Source: Thiobacillus sp. (lineage in GTDB: Bacteria; Pseudomonadota; Gammaproteobacteria; Burkholderiales; Thiobacillaceae). Taken from it: a DNA stretch of 64,000 nucleotides. The number at the start of each line of letters is the position of its first letter. Positions within the stretch are counted from its first letter, which is position 1. Under the pieces are notes generated by a model. It did no database searches and was not told the origin of the DNA. It saw only the letters and a program-made list of their open reading frames with translations. Of this stretch, positions 1 through 13,965 are shown piece after piece. The stretch is taken from NCBI GenBank assembly GCA_021166845.1, contig JAJPEP010000053.1:28483-92482 (forward strand), given 5' to 3'. The translations under genes and the position numbers were made by a program.

Positions 1-305
1 ATGGGGTCGGAAAAGCCTGCCACCTCCAGCTTCACCCCGGCCCGCACCCGCGTCTCCAGCCGCTCCACCCCGGGCAGTGCGGCGAGGCGTTCGGCCACCG
101 GCTCGGGGGCGCGCTTGAGGCTGACGAACACCTCGGCGAAGCGGTACTCGCCGTAGAAGCGGTCGCGCGTGGTGGTCAGCGAATCGTAGGTGGAAAGCGA
201 CATCACCATGGTGGCGACGCCGCCCATGATCACCGCCGCGATCGCCAGCACCTGGCCGCGCAGATGCCAAAGGTCACGCAGGAGCTTGCGGTCGAGGGCT
301 TTCAT
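1..305 (-). CDS. ABC transporter permease (FtsX/MacB-like), 5' part; runs off the window
   Basis: Manual translation from ATG at 305: [43 protein letters not shown]...; lies directly downstream of an ABC ATPase gene. Confidence 0.85.
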   Translation of the reverse strand, partial: MKALDRKLLRDLWHLRGQVLAIAAVIMGGVATMVMSLSTYDSLTTTRDRFYGEYRFAEVFVSLKRAPEPVAERLAALPGVERLETRVRAGVKLEVAGFSDP

Positions 306-318
306 GGCGACATGCCGC

Positions 319-1047
<729 letters not shown>

Positions 1048-1077
1048 GATGCCACGGCTGATGGATACGGTGTATGT

Positions 1078-1385
1078 AGGCACCATGCGGTAGCCCAGCT
1101 TTGTCATTCTTTCGTCTAATGGATGCAGGTGGAGGTTCGCCAGCAACGGGCTGATGACGGTCCCTTGCGGGGCGCCTCCCGTCGGCGCCCATCTTTCCAG
1201 TCCTTTGACGATGTCCTGTCGCAGCCAACCCGCCGGGATTCCAGCAGGCGGCCGTCGCTGATACGTTCTTCGATCCTCTCTTTAAGCTGGGGATGCGGGA
1301 TGCTGTCAAAGTAGCCTTGGGGGTTTCGGCGCCCACGACGTGGGTGCGCCCTTCCTTGAGATACTTGTCGACTTCGCCACGGCTT
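1078..1385 (-). pseudogene. Group II intron reverse transcriptase/maturase fragment, frameshifted
   Basis: Frames joined by hand: EVDKYLKEGRTHVV / [25 protein letters not shown] / [49 protein letters not shown], breaking off just before YADD. Confidence 0.85.
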
Positions 1386-1426
1386 CCGCCCGAGCCACAC
1401 CGCCACGCGCCCCTGTCACGCCAGCC

Positions 1427-1453
1427 CTTGAAACCCGCCGCCCCCGTCCCCAT
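1427..1453 (+). promoter_or_regulatory. sigma-32 (RpoH) heat-shock promoter of htpG
   Basis: CTTGAAA-N14-CCCCAT about 40 bp upstream of the htpG ATG. Confidence 0.8.
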
Positions 1454-1494
1454 CTCCCCGTCACCTTATTTGTACGTTACGGGAGATCAAAGGC

Positions 1495-3390
<1,896 letters not shown>

Positions 3391-3449
3391 TTTCGATTAA
3401 AGTCGCTCGTGTTGAGTTTGTCAGATCACAGACGGCCTTAGACTGTAAT

Positions 3450-5753
3450 TTAAGGTTCAGGGCCTGCCAAAACCTGGCAGGGAACGTTGCGCAGGCTGTT
3501 GGATCCAGCCACCGGATCGAAGCACTCGCCATCGACCAGCCGATTGGCGTCTCCCGCCCCATCCGGGTATTGCCACCAGCCATACTGGGCGCACACCACC
3601 TGTGGCGCCAGATGCCGCGAAAATCTGGCGCGGGCGCGCATGGCGCCCATCTGCGTCTTTACCTCGATCCACTCGCCTTCCCGAATGCCGCGCGCCATCG
3701 CGGTTTCCGGGTGCAGTTCCACCAGCGGTTCAGGCATGCGCCTGCGCAGCGAGGGCTGGTTGCGCTGCTGGCTGTGGCAGTACTGCGGCCACTTGGCGGT
3801 GGTCAGGGTGAGCGGAAATCGCGAGTCGTGCGGCACGCTGGGCGCGACATAATCGGGCAACGGGTCGAGGCCGACGCCGCGCATCCGTTCGCTGTGCAAT
3901 TCGAGCCGCCCGCTGGGGGTTCCAAAACCGTTCTGCTCGTATTTCCGGTAGCGGGTTTCCAGCGCCAGGTCGAGGCCGCCGGGTGCCGCGCGCAGGGCTT
4001 CCGGCGTCAGGCCGGTTGGGGCCAGCATTTGCGTCAGGCCCGCTTCGGCATCGCCGCCGTAGAACCGATCGGCCAGTCCCAGGCGCTTTGCCAGCTCGAA
4101 CACGATCCAGGTGTCGGACCGGCTTTCGCCTTGCGGCGGCGCCAGGGCTGGGCGCAGCTGCACATGGGCTTCCGCCGCCGCGCTCACCTGGAACCCGGCC
4201 TGCAGGCCTTCCCGCTCCCAGGCGCTGCACACCGGCAATAGAAGGTCGGCGTAGCGCGCGCTGGGCGTCTCCACCAGTTCGGCCAGGGCGAAGAAATCGA
4301 GCTGCTGCATTGCCGCTTCGGCCAGCCGGGTGTTGGGCTTGGACAGCAGGAAATTGCTGCCGAAGGAGATCAGGCAGGACACCGGGTACGGCTGCTTCTC
4401 GACGATGGCGCGGAACAGGTCGCGCGTGGTGATCCAGCCCTTTTGCGGCGGCCCTTCCGGGCGCGCGTCGCGTCCCAGGGTCAGCGCGCGTTCCTCCGGC
4501 GTGACCCACTCGAAGCCCGTGATATCGGCCAGCGGCGGTTTGCTGAACCAGACGTTGCCGCCGGGCGCATCGAGGCACCCGGTCAGGCCGTACAGCGCGG
4601 CGATGGCGCGGCCGGTCTGGGTGGCGTTGCTGTGCTGGCAGGTGCCGGTCCAGGTGAAGAAGGACAGCGGCAGATTGTCGGCAATCATTTTTGCCGCCGC
4701 CTCGACCTGTGCGGCCGGAATGCCGGTCACCGCCTCGACCCGGTCGGCAGGCCATGCCCGGCAGCGTTCGGCGAGGCGCTCGAATACCGGACGGCAGGTG
4801 ACGGCGCCGCGAACCGTCTGCACGGTGAAGCGCCCGCGCAAGGCCAGGCGGGCTTCCGCGGCGGCATTGGGCGGACGCCGCGGACAGGGCGCAGGCGCCC
4901 CCGTCGTCTCGTCCCAGGCCAGGGGGTGCCCGGCGTCGCCGCCTTCATGAAGGTCGGCGTGGGTCAGCAGGGTGGAATCGTCATCACGCACCAGGAAGGC
5001 GGCATCGCTCCAGCGCATCAGAAAATCGCGGTCGTAGCGCCCCGCTTCGATCAGGGCATGGGCCAGCCCCAGCGCCAGTGCCCCGTCGCTGCCGGGAAGG
5101 GGACGCAGCCACAGATCGGCGGAGACAGCCAACCCGGCGCGACGCGGATCGACCACGATCAGCCTGGCACCCCGTTTGCGGGCCTCTTGCACCGCCGTGG
5201 CCTGCGCCAGCCAGGAGGTCGCCGGGTTGAAGCCCCACAGCAGGACGCAGCCCGCATGCTCATAATCCGGCATGCCGATGCCGGCGCCGAAGGTGTAGGC
5301 CGGCGCGAAGTCCTTGTGCCAGTTGCAGTTCTCGGTGGCGAAGATGAGGTTGGGGCTGCGGCAGGCATGGGCCAGGCGGTGGATCCAGGCAAAGCTGTCG
5401 GCGACCGCCGTCCCGCTCGGTGTGGCGACGCCGAAGGCCACGGCTGTGGGGCCGTGTTGGGCGGTCGCGGCGCGCACCTTGGCGGCGATGGTTTCGAGGG
5501 CTTCGTCCCAGGAGATGCGTTCCCAGCCCGGATCGGGGTCGCCCTTGGGGCGGGTGCGGCGCAGCGGATAGGGGATGCGGTCGGGAGCGTACACCGCCTC
5601 CGGCGCCGCCTTCGCCTTGACGCACAGGGCCTGGCCGGTCGGGTGCGCCGGGTCGGGGTCGACCCGGGTCAGCACGCCGTCGACCAGCGTGGCCACGCAG
5701 CCGCAGCGGGAGATGCAAAGGGCACAGTAGCCGTGGCGCAGCTCGGTCGTCAT
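3450..5753 (-). CDS. Cytoplasmic bis-MGD molybdopterin oxidoreductase of unknown substrate
   Basis: N-terminal CALCISRCGC...LCVK [4Fe-4S] motif, WERISWDEAL, ENCNWH (probable Cys ligand), C-terminal dinucleotide-binding domain; no signal peptide. Confidence 0.88.
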   Translation of the reverse strand: MTTELRHGYCALCISRCGCVATLVDGVLTRVDPDPAHPTGQALCVKAKAAPEAVYAPDRIPYPLRRTRPKGDPDPGWERISWDEALETIAAKVRAATAQHGPTAVAFGVATPSGTAVADSFAWIHRLAHACRSPNLIFATENCNWHKDFAPAYTFGAGIGMPDYEHAGCVLLWGFNPATSWLAQATAVQEARKRGARLIVVDPRRAGLAVSADLWLRPLPGSDGALALGLAHALIEAGRYDRDFLMRWSDAAFLVRDDDSTLLTHADLHEGGDAGHPLAWDETTGAPAPCPRRPPNAAAEARLALRGRFTVQTVRGAVTCRPVFERLAERCRAWPADRVEAVTGIPAAQVEAAAKMIADNLPLSFFTWTGTCQHSNATQTGRAIAALYGLTGCLDAPGGNVWFSKPPLADITGFEWVTPEERALTLGRDARPEGPPQKGWITTRDLFRAIVEKQPYPVSCLISFGSNFLLSKPNTRLAEAAMQQLDFFALAELVETPSARYADLLLPVCSAWEREGLQAGFQVSAAAEAHVQLRPALAPPQGESRSDTWIVFELAKRLGLADRFYGGDAEAGLTQMLAPTGLTPEALRAAPGGLDLALETRYRKYEQNGFGTPSGRLELHSERMRGVGLDPLPDYVAPSVPHDSRFPLTLTTAKWPQYCHSQQRNQPSLRRRMPEPLVELHPETAMARGIREGEWIEVKTQMGAMRARARFSRHLAPQVVCAQYGWWQYPDGAGDANRLVDGECFDPVAGSNSLRNVPCQVLAGPEP

Positions 5754-5801
5754 CGTGTGCAACGGATTTCTAAAGAATCCCGGTCATTGCGCCGGCAAGC
5801 C

Positions 5802-6266
5802 TCAACGGCCTTTGCCTACGGCGCCTCCAAACAGGCTGAAATTCAGGACCACACTCGCCGCACCGGCTTGCGGATCCACTTCCAGTTTCTTCGTCGCATA
5901 GACGGTCATGGTCTGGTTTTCTTCGTCATAGATGGCCATCGGCACGCAGCCGGCATCCATGATCTGTTGCGTTATTTTCCTGACTTCCCTGTGCAGGGCT
6001 TCGTCGTTTTCCGCCATGGCCAATTCTTTCTTGTCCAGCAAGCCCATGTGCAGGAAATCCGGTATGCAGTTTTTGGGCTTGACTGCGGCGATGGCCGTTA
6101 TGCAGCGTTTGGCGCCCCACTCTTCCGGCGTGTCGTAGTAATGAAAGACCGCATGGGCGAATTTTGTTGCGTCCGCCTCTTCCGGGCAGCTTATATAGAA
6201 AATGTGCTGCATCTTTTCCGTCGAAAAACCCACTTCGTAGGTTTTGTTGTTCTGCTCCGTTGCCAT
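5802..6266 (-). CDS. Hypothetical protein (154 aa, lower GC)
   Basis: Clean ORF with a plausible RBS, about 50 bp upstream of the molybdoenzyme on the same strand; no recognised motif. Confidence 0.65.
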   Translation of the reverse strand: MATEQNNKTYEVGFSTEKMQHIFYISCPEEADATKFAHAVFHYYDTPEEWGAKRCITAIAAVKPKNCIPDFLHMGLLDKKELAMAENDEALHREVRKITQQIMDAGCVPMAIYDEENQTMTVYATKKLEVDPQAGAASVVLNFSLFGGAVGKGR

Positions 6267-6363
6267 TGCGTTCTGCCTTTACCCGTTCGTTGAAATACCC
6301 GACTATTTTGATGGTGTTTTCCAGAATCCGCAAAAAACAAGCTGCTTCGCCATCTCCCGCCGG

Positions 6364-6432
6364 CTACAGCAGGGGCGCGACGACGATGGCATCCAGCAGC
6401 CTGCGACGCGTGATATCCGGGGATTTTCCCAT
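6364..6432 (-). pseudogene. Orphan Tat-like leader peptide remnant
   Basis: GGAGG RBS followed by MGKSPDITRRRLLDAIVVAPLL-stop, right after pepN. Confidence 0.45.
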
Positions 6433-6480
6433 CACACACGTCCTCCGCTGCGGTCCTGCATCAGCAGAACGTCGTTGGCT

Positions 6481-9180
6481 TCACTTCAGGGCGTTGCCGA
6501 CGACCTCGGCGACGTCTTTCGCCAGCCCTTCACAGGCCCGGATCCGCTCCAGGGCGGTGCGGGCGTGGCCTTGGCGAATGGCATCGAACTGGCGCCAACG
6601 GTCGAAGCTGCGTGCCAGGCGCGAAGCCACCTGCGGGTTGATCGCCTGCAGCTCGATAATGACGTCGGCCGCCAGCGCGTAACCGCTGCCGTCGGCCGCG
6701 TGGAAGTGGCGCGGGTTGGCGCCGCAGAAGCTGCGCACCAGGGCGTAGACCTTGTTCGGATTCTTCAGGTCGAAGGCCGGGTGCCGCATCAAGTCGCGCA
6801 CCCGCGCCGCGGCGCCGGGCAGGCGCGACGTCGCCTGGACCTGCAGCCACTTGTCGACCACCAGCGCTTCGTCCTGCCAGCGCGCGTAAAACGCCGCCAG
6901 CGCCGTCTCGCGTTCGGGCAGGTCGAGGTTGGCGAGGGTGGAGAGCGCCGCGATGACGTCGGTCATGTTGCCGCCCTCTCCGAACTGCGCCAGCAGGCGC
7001 GGCAGCACGGTGTCGCGCAAAGTGGCGTCGTCGCTTTCGGCCAGGTAACCGAGGCAGAGGTTGCGCAAGGCGCGGCGGCCGACCTGGGCGCCGTCCGGGG
7101 CGTAGGGTCCGGCGGGCGCGAGTGCGGTCCACACGGTCTCGAAACGGTCCCGCAGCTGGCTGGCGAGGTGACGGCGCAGGGTGACGCGGGCGCGATGAAC
7201 CGCCTCGGGGTCGATAATCTCACCGCGGCCGGCCACGGCCTCGGCCAGCACCTGCTCGGCCGGCAGGACCAGCGCTTCGGCGGCCAGCGCGGGGTCGTGC
7301 GTGAGGCCGGCGTCGAGCACGCGGCCGCAGGCGGCGACAAAGTCCGCGGGAATCCAGCCGGTGCCCTCGCCGCCGGTTTTGACGCCGGCGAGCAGGACGC
7401 GGGTGGCGAGGCGCTGGCCGGCTTCCCAGCGGTTGAACGCATCGGCATCGTGCGCCGTCAGGTGGGCAAGCTCGGCGTCGGCCTGCTCGAAATCGAGCTG
7501 CACCGGCGCGGAAAAGTCGCGCAGCAGCGAGGCGACCGGCGCCGCCGGGATGTCCTCGAAGACGAAGGTCTGGCGGGTTTCGATGAGCGACAGCACGCGC
7601 GTGCTGCCCTGCGACGCGGCCTCTCCGGCAAGGCGCAGCGGCGCATCGGAGCCATCTGGCAGCACCAGGCCGACGGCGACCGGCAGATGCAGCGGGCCTT
7701 CGTCGATCGGCATGCCCGCATCCTTTAGGCGCTGCTCGTAGGCGGTCGGGGCGAGGCTTTGCGTCAGGGTCAGCGTGTAGCGTCGGGCCGCTGCGTCCCA
7801 TGCCCCCTCGGCTTTGAGGCGTGGCGTGCCGGCGCGGGCGTACCAGCGGCGGAACTGGGCGAGATCGACGCCCGAGGCATCCTGCATCGCGGAAACGAAG
7901 TCCTCGCAGGTGACGGCCTGGCCGTCGTGGCGCTGGAAATACAGGTCCATGCCGGCGCGGAACGCGTCGCGCCCGAGCAGGGTGTGGATCATGCGAACGA
8001 CTTCGGCGCCCTTGTTGTAGACGGTGGCGGTGTAGAAGTTGTTGATCTCGGCGTAGGACGCCGGACGCACCGGATGCGCCATCGGGCCGGCATCCTCGGG
8101 GAACTGGCCGACGCGCAGGGCGCGCACGTCCTGGATGCGGGTAACGGCGCGCGAGTGCGTGTCGGCGCCGAATTCCTGGTCGCGGAAGACGGTGAGGCCC
8201 TCCTTCAGCGAAAGCTGGAACCAGTCGCGGCAGGTGACGCGGTTGCCGGTCCAGTTGTGGAAATACTCGTGGGCGACGACGCGGTCGATGGCCTGGTAGT
8301 CGCCGTCGGTTGCGGTGTCGGGGCGGGCCAGCACGTACTTGGTGTTGAAGATGTTGAGGCCCTTGTTTTCCATCGCCCCCATGTTGAAGTCGCCCACCGC
8401 GACGATCATGTAGTGGTCGAGGTCCATCTCCAGGCCGAAATGTTCCTCGTCCCAGCGCATCGCCTTCTTCAGCGCCGCCATGGCGTGGCCGCACTGGTCG
8501 AGCTTGCCGGGCTCGACGTAGATCGCCAGCCGCACTTTGCGGCCCGACCCGGTGACAAATTCATCCTCCAGCATGTCCAGCTTCGCGGCGACCAGGGCGA
8601 ACAGGTAGGCCGGCTTGGGGAACGGGTCTTCCCAGCGCGCCCAGTGGCGCGCGGGATCGTGCTCGCTGGCGCCGGAAGCGGCCAGGTTGCCGTTGGACAG
8701 CAGTTGCGGAAAGCGCTCGCGGTCGGCCTCGATGGTGCAGCTGTAGCGCGCCATCACGTCGGGCCGGTCCGGAAAAAAGGTGATGCGGCGGAACCCTTCG
8801 GCCTCGCATTGGGTGAAGTAGCCGTCCCGGGAGCGGTAGAGGCCGGAAAGCCGGGTGTTCGTGTCCGGATCGATGCGCACCACGGTTTCGAGCGTGAAGG
8901 CATCCGGCAGCGGGCCGGCGACGGTCAGCGTGTCATCGGCCAGCGAATAGCGGGAAGGGTCGAGCGCGGCGCCGTCGAGGCTGAGCGTCTGCAACGCGAG
9001 GTCCTCGCCGTTCAGGACCAGCGCGCCGCCGGCCCCCCGCGGGTTGCGTCGGCAGGCAAGCCTGGCGCGGACTTCGGCGTGCCCTGGTTGGATCGCGACG
9101 TGGAGATCGACCGTGTCGACCAGCCAGGCGGGAGGCGCGTAGTCCTTGAGGTGGATCGTGTTCGGGGTTTCGGTGCGCAT
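6481..9180 (-). CDS. pepN: Aminopeptidase N (M1 family)
   Basis: GAMENKGLN, HEYFHNWTGNRVT zinc motif, 899 aa. Confidence 0.97.
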   Translation of the reverse strand: MRTETPNTIHLKDYAPPAWLVDTVDLHVAIQPGHAEVRARLACRRNPRGAGGALVLNGEDLALQTLSLDGAALDPSRYSLADDTLTVAGPLPDAFTLETVVRIDPDTNTRLSGLYRSRDGYFTQCEAEGFRRITFFPDRPDVMARYSCTIEADRERFPQLLSNGNLAASGASEHDPARHWARWEDPFPKPAYLFALVAAKLDMLEDEFVTGSGRKVRLAIYVEPGKLDQCGHAMAALKKAMRWDEEHFGLEMDLDHYMIVAVGDFNMGAMENKGLNIFNTKYVLARPDTATDGDYQAIDRVVAHEYFHNWTGNRVTCRDWFQLSLKEGLTVFRDQEFGADTHSRAVTRIQDVRALRVGQFPEDAGPMAHPVRPASYAEINNFYTATVYNKGAEVVRMIHTLLGRDAFRAGMDLYFQRHDGQAVTCEDFVSAMQDASGVDLAQFRRWYARAGTPRLKAEGAWDAAARRYTLTLTQSLAPTAYEQRLKDAGMPIDEGPLHLPVAVGLVLPDGSDAPLRLAGEAASQGSTRVLSLIETRQTFVFEDIPAAPVASLLRDFSAPVQLDFEQADAELAHLTAHDADAFNRWEAGQRLATRVLLAGVKTGGEGTGWIPADFVAACGRVLDAGLTHDPALAAEALVLPAEQVLAEAVAGRGEIIDPEAVHRARVTLRRHLASQLRDRFETVWTALAPAGPYAPDGAQVGRRALRNLCLGYLAESDDATLRDTVLPRLLAQFGEGGNMTDVIAALSTLANLDLPERETALAAFYARWQDEALVVDKWLQVQATSRLPGAAARVRDLMRHPAFDLKNPNKVYALVRSFCGANPRHFHAADGSGYALAADVIIELQAINPQVASRLARSFDRWRQFDAIRQGHARTALERIRACEGLAKDVAEVVGNALK

Positions 9181-9219
9181 GGGGTGTTCCTGGGAAAACG
9201 TTCAACCAAATTGTGTTTA

Positions 9220-9264
9220 GTAGGGTGCACTCCGTGCACCTTCGGTGCACGGAGTGCACCCTAC
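9220..9264. repeat. REP doublet (GTAG-type, REPIN-like)
   Basis: GTAGGGTGCACTCCGTGCACC-TTC-perfect reverse complement; the same unit occurs at 46773-46828. Confidence 0.85.
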
Positions 9265-9318
9265 TTATCAAAACAGCGGAGGCCGCGATGGATCAGTTCA
9301 TTCTAGACACGATCGGTT

Positions 9319-10520
9319 TCATTCATGCCGCAAAGCGTCAATCGGGTTGAGGCTGGCCGCCCGGCGCGCCGGGAAGAAACCAAAGATGACGCCGATGGCG
9401 GCGGAAAAGAAGAAGGACAGCAGGTTGATGCCGGGATCGAACAGGTAGGACACGTTCATCAAACCGGCAAGGAAGATGGATGCAGCGGTGGCGATGGCGA
9501 TTCCGATCAGGCCGCCGAGGCTCGACAGCACGACTGCTTCGATCAGAAACTGCAGCAGCACCTCCCGTTCCAGCGCGCCGATGGCCAGCCGGATGCCGAT
9601 CTCGCGGGTGCGCTCGGTCACCGATACCAGCATGATGTTCATGATGCCGATGCCGCCCACCAGCAGGCTCACCGCGGCGACCGCGCCGAGCAGCATGGTG
9701 AGGATCTTGGTGGTGCTGGTCAGCGTCTCGGCGATCTGCCGGGTGTCCATCACGCGGAAATCGTCGTCCTCGTTTTCCGCGATGTTGCGCCGCTCGCGCA
9801 GCAGCAGGGTGAGCTGATCCTTGGCCGCGTCGATCGAGGCGCCCTCCCGCACCGAGATGCTCAGCCGATTGATGTCCTGGTTGCCGGTCAGGCGGCGCTG
9901 CACGGTGCGCAGCGGCATCACCACGGTGTCGTCCTGGTCCGATCCCATGGCCGACTGCCCCTTGGCCTTCAACAGGCCGATCACCTCGCAGGAAAACTGC
10001 TTGATGCGGATTTCGCTGCCCACCGGGTTCTGCCGGCCGAACAACTTGTCGCGCACGGTGTCGCCGATCACGCAAACCGCCTTGCCCGCGCGCTCCTCGG
10101 TCTCGCTGAAGTTGCGGCCGGCCGCCAGTTCCCAGTTGCCCGCCTGAAAGTAGTCGTTGTTGCTGCCGGTGACGACGGTCGACCAGTTTCGCGCCTGATA
10201 CACGGCGGTCGCCGACATGCTGACGACGGGAGCGACCGCCTGGGCGGACGTGATCTGGTTGCGGATCGCCTCGACGTCGGCGCTCTTGAAGTTGGGCGCC
10301 GCTTCGGCGCCGGGACCGTAGCGCTGGCCGGGACGCAGCATCAGCAGATTGCTGCCCATGCTGGAAATCTGGTCGGACACCGCGCGGGTGGCGCCGTTGC
10401 CGAGGGTGACCATGGTGATCACCGCGGCGACGCCGATGACGATGCCGAGAATGGTCAGGAACGAACGCAGCAGGTTGCGCCGGATGGAGCGCAGGGCGAG
10501 CAGCAAGGTATTCCACAGCA

Positions 10521-10521
<1 letters not shown>
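9319..10521 (-). CDS. MacB-type ABC transporter permease
   Basis: [45 protein letters not shown]. Confidence 0.93.
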
Positions 10522-11221
<700 letters not shown>

Positions 11222-11225
<4 letters not shown>

Positions 11226-12517
11226 GGCCGGGCGCTCAGGGTCTCGGTGATCACCTGCATGCCGGCCTCGAGCGGACCGCCGACGATCTCGGTCACCCGA
11301 CCGTTGGTGGCGGCGGCCTGGACCTCGATGGCGACCGGCTGGCCGTCGCGCAGCACCCACACGCGCTGGGTTCCGTCCCGGGCGGTTTCCTGGACCTTTT
11401 TCGCCTGCCGGGGCGGGCGCGGCATCAAGGCCCCCAGCACGCTGCCGCCTGATTTTTTCTCGGCGTCATCGCTGGTCGCGGGGGTGAAGCGCAGCGCGGC
11501 GTTCGGCACCAGCAACGCGTTTTCGCGCGTCAGCGTGGTGATCTCGGCGGCGCCGGTCATGCCGGGCCGCAGGCTGAGGTCGTCATTGGCCACCTCGAGC
11601 ACGGTGAGGTAGGAAACCACGCCTTCCGCCTCCTGCGCGCCGTAGCCGACCCGCGTGATGACGGCGGTGTATTCGCGGCCGGGCCAGGCGTCGACGCTGA
11701 ACGTGGCGCGCTGTCCCGCCTTGACCTGACCGACGTCGGCCTCGTCGACGTCGACCTGCAGTTCCATCTTGGTCAGGTCCTCGGCAAGCTTGAACAGCAC
11801 CGGCGCCTGGAAGGAGGCGGCCACGGTCTGGCCCGGGTCCACCTGGCGCGACAGCACCACGCCATGGATGGGCGAGCGAATGCTGGCCTTGCCGAGGTTG
11901 GTCTCGTCCGATTGCAGCGTCGCGCGCGCCTGGGTCACGCTGGCGCGAGCGCTGGCTACGCTGGCTTCAGCTCGCTTCAGGTTGGCTTCGGCGGTGTCCA
12001 TTTCCGTCCTGGACGGCACCTTGCCGCCGGACAGCTGCGACACCTGCTGGTAACGGGCAAGCGTTGCGCGTGCTTCCGCAACCGTGGCCTGCGCCTGCAG
12101 CACCTGCGCCTCGGCCGCGGCGAGACTGGCGCGCGATTTCGCCACCGCATCCTGCAGCTTGGAAAGATCCAGCCGAGCCAGCACCTGGCCCTTCTTCACC
12201 TCATCGTTGTCGTCGACATAGACCTGCTCGACGATGCCCGAGAGTTCGCTGCCGACATCCACCGTGTTGGTCGGCTGCAGATTGCCGGTGGCGGAAACCT
12301 TGACCACCAGGGTGCCGACAGTAGCCGCTTCGGTCGCATAGCGCGGCGCGGCGGTGTCCTCGCCGGCGCGCAAAAACAGCCAGATCGCGACGGCAATCAC
12401 GATCAATGCAGCGGCGCGCCACAGCCAGCGGCGCGCCAACAGGCCGCCGGGCTTGGTATCGAGAAGGTGTTTCAGGGCGGCGCCCTGCCTGGCTTGCGGG
12501 GTATCGGAGTCGTTCAT
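11222..12517 (-). CDS. MacA/HlyD-type periplasmic adaptor
   Basis: N-terminal TM, VDVGSELSG, coiled-coil hairpin, GQTVAASFQAPVLF. Confidence 0.93.
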
Positions 12518-13965
12518 GGGGCGTCCTTGCCGGTCGGGCGGGTTTCGGCCTGGGGCGACCAGCCGCCGCCCAGAGCCTTGTACAAACGGATGAGCGCCAG
12601 CACGCCGTCGGCGCGGCTGCTGGCGAGGCCGTCCTCGACGGACAGCACGTTGCGTTCGGTGTCGAGCACCGACTGGAAATCGATCAGACCGGCGCTGTAG
12701 CGCTGTCGCGCCAGCTGCGCCGCGTTGCCCGCCGACTCGGCGGCGATCGCCAGCGCCTCGACGCGCTCGCGATTGCGGGCCAGCGCAACCAGCGCGTTTT
12801 CCACCTCCTGCAGCGCGGTGAGCACGGTTTGTTCGTAGGTCACCTGCGCCTGCTCGCGCACCGCATCCTGGATCTCGACCTGGGCGCGCAGGCGCCCAGC
12901 ATTGAAGACGGGCCCGGTGATGCCGGCGAGCAGCGACGACGTGGCGGCGCCGCTGTCGCCGAGCCCGCCCAGCGTCAGCGCTTCGAGGCCGATCGAGCCC
13001 GAGAGATCGAAGGAGGGATAGCGCGCCGCCTCGGCCACGCCCACGCGCGCGGTTTCCGCCGCCAGCCTGCGCTCGGCCGCGCGCACGTCGGGGCGCTGGC
13101 GCAGGGTGTCGGCCGGGATGCCGACGGCGATCCGTCCCGGCACGGCCGGGAGATTGCCGGTTGCGGCCAGGCGCGCATGCAGCGTGCCCGGCGCACGCCC
13201 CAGCAGGATGTCCAGGCCATGTTCCGCTTCGGCCAGGCTGGTTTCGAGCGAGGGAATCTGCGCCCGGGTCTGTTCGCGGTTGCTGCGCGCCTGCTCGACA
13301 TCCTGGCCGCTGACCAGTCCGGCTTGCGCGCGCCAGTCGGTGAGCTGCAGCGTCTCGGACTGGCTGGCGAGATTGGCGCGGGCGATGTCGAGGCGGGTCT
13401 GCTGGACACGCACCTCGACGTAGGTCAGCGCCACTTCGGACGCCAGCGAGACCTGGGTGTCATGCAGGCTTGCCACGGCCGATTCGAGGTCCGCCGCGGC
13501 CGCCTCGACGCTGCGCCGCACGCCGCCGAACACGTCGAGCTCCCAGCTGGCGTCGAAGCCGGCGCTGAAAAAGTTGCGCGTGGCGCCGCTGCCCGCCTCC
13601 TCGCCCGACCGGCTGCGGCTGGCGCTGCCCGATGCGGTCACGCCGGGGTATTGCCCGGCGACGGCCACCGTGCGACGTGCGCGAGCCTCGCGCAATTTCG
13701 CCTGCGCGCTGCGCAGGTCGGGGCTGGCCTGCAGGGCTTCGGCGATCAGCCGGGACAGCAGCGGATCGCTCAGGCTTTGCCACCACTGGCCGAGGTCTCC
13801 GGGCGCCGCGGAATGCGCCACCGGCTGGGCTGCCGGATCAAGCCGGGCCCAGCCTGCGGGCGCCCCGGTCGCCGGCGGTACATAATCCGGGCCGACCGCG
13901 GCGCACCCCGAGAGGCCGAGACCGGCGAGCATAAGCAGCAGTTGTGCGTGTTGGGATATTTTCAT
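12514..13965 (-). CDS. Outer membrane efflux lipoprotein (NodT/OprM family)
   Basis: Lipobox LSGC-AAVGPDY, SWELDVFG, RPDVRAAE, LYKALGGGW. Confidence 0.93.
   Translation of the reverse strand: MKISQHAQLLLMLAGLGLSGCAAVGPDYVPPATGAPAGWARLDPAAQPVAHSAAPGDLGQWWQSLSDPLLSRLIAEALQASPDLRSAQAKLREARARRTVAVAGQYPGVTASGSASRSRSGEEAGSGATRNFFSAGFDASWELDVFGGVRRSVEAAAADLESAVASLHDTQVSLASEVALTYVEVRVQQTRLDIARANLASQSETLQLTDWRAQAGLVSGQDVEQARSNREQTRAQIPSLETSLAEAEHGLDILLGRAPGTLHARLAATGNLPAVPGRIAVGIPADTLRQRPDVRAAERRLAAETARVGVAEAARYPSFDLSGSIGLEALTLGGLGDSGAATSSLLAGITGPVFNAGRLRAQVEIQDAVREQAQVTYEQTVLTALQEVENALVALARNRERVEALAIAAESAGNAAQLARQRYSAGLIDFQSVLDTERNVLSVEDGLASSRADGVLALIRLYKALGGGWSPQAETRPTGKDAP

Noticed and set aside
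4443-7728. Long plus-strand ORFs of 616 aa and 494 aa
   Set aside because: They are antisense shadows of the molybdoenzyme and pepN, typical of high-GC DNA
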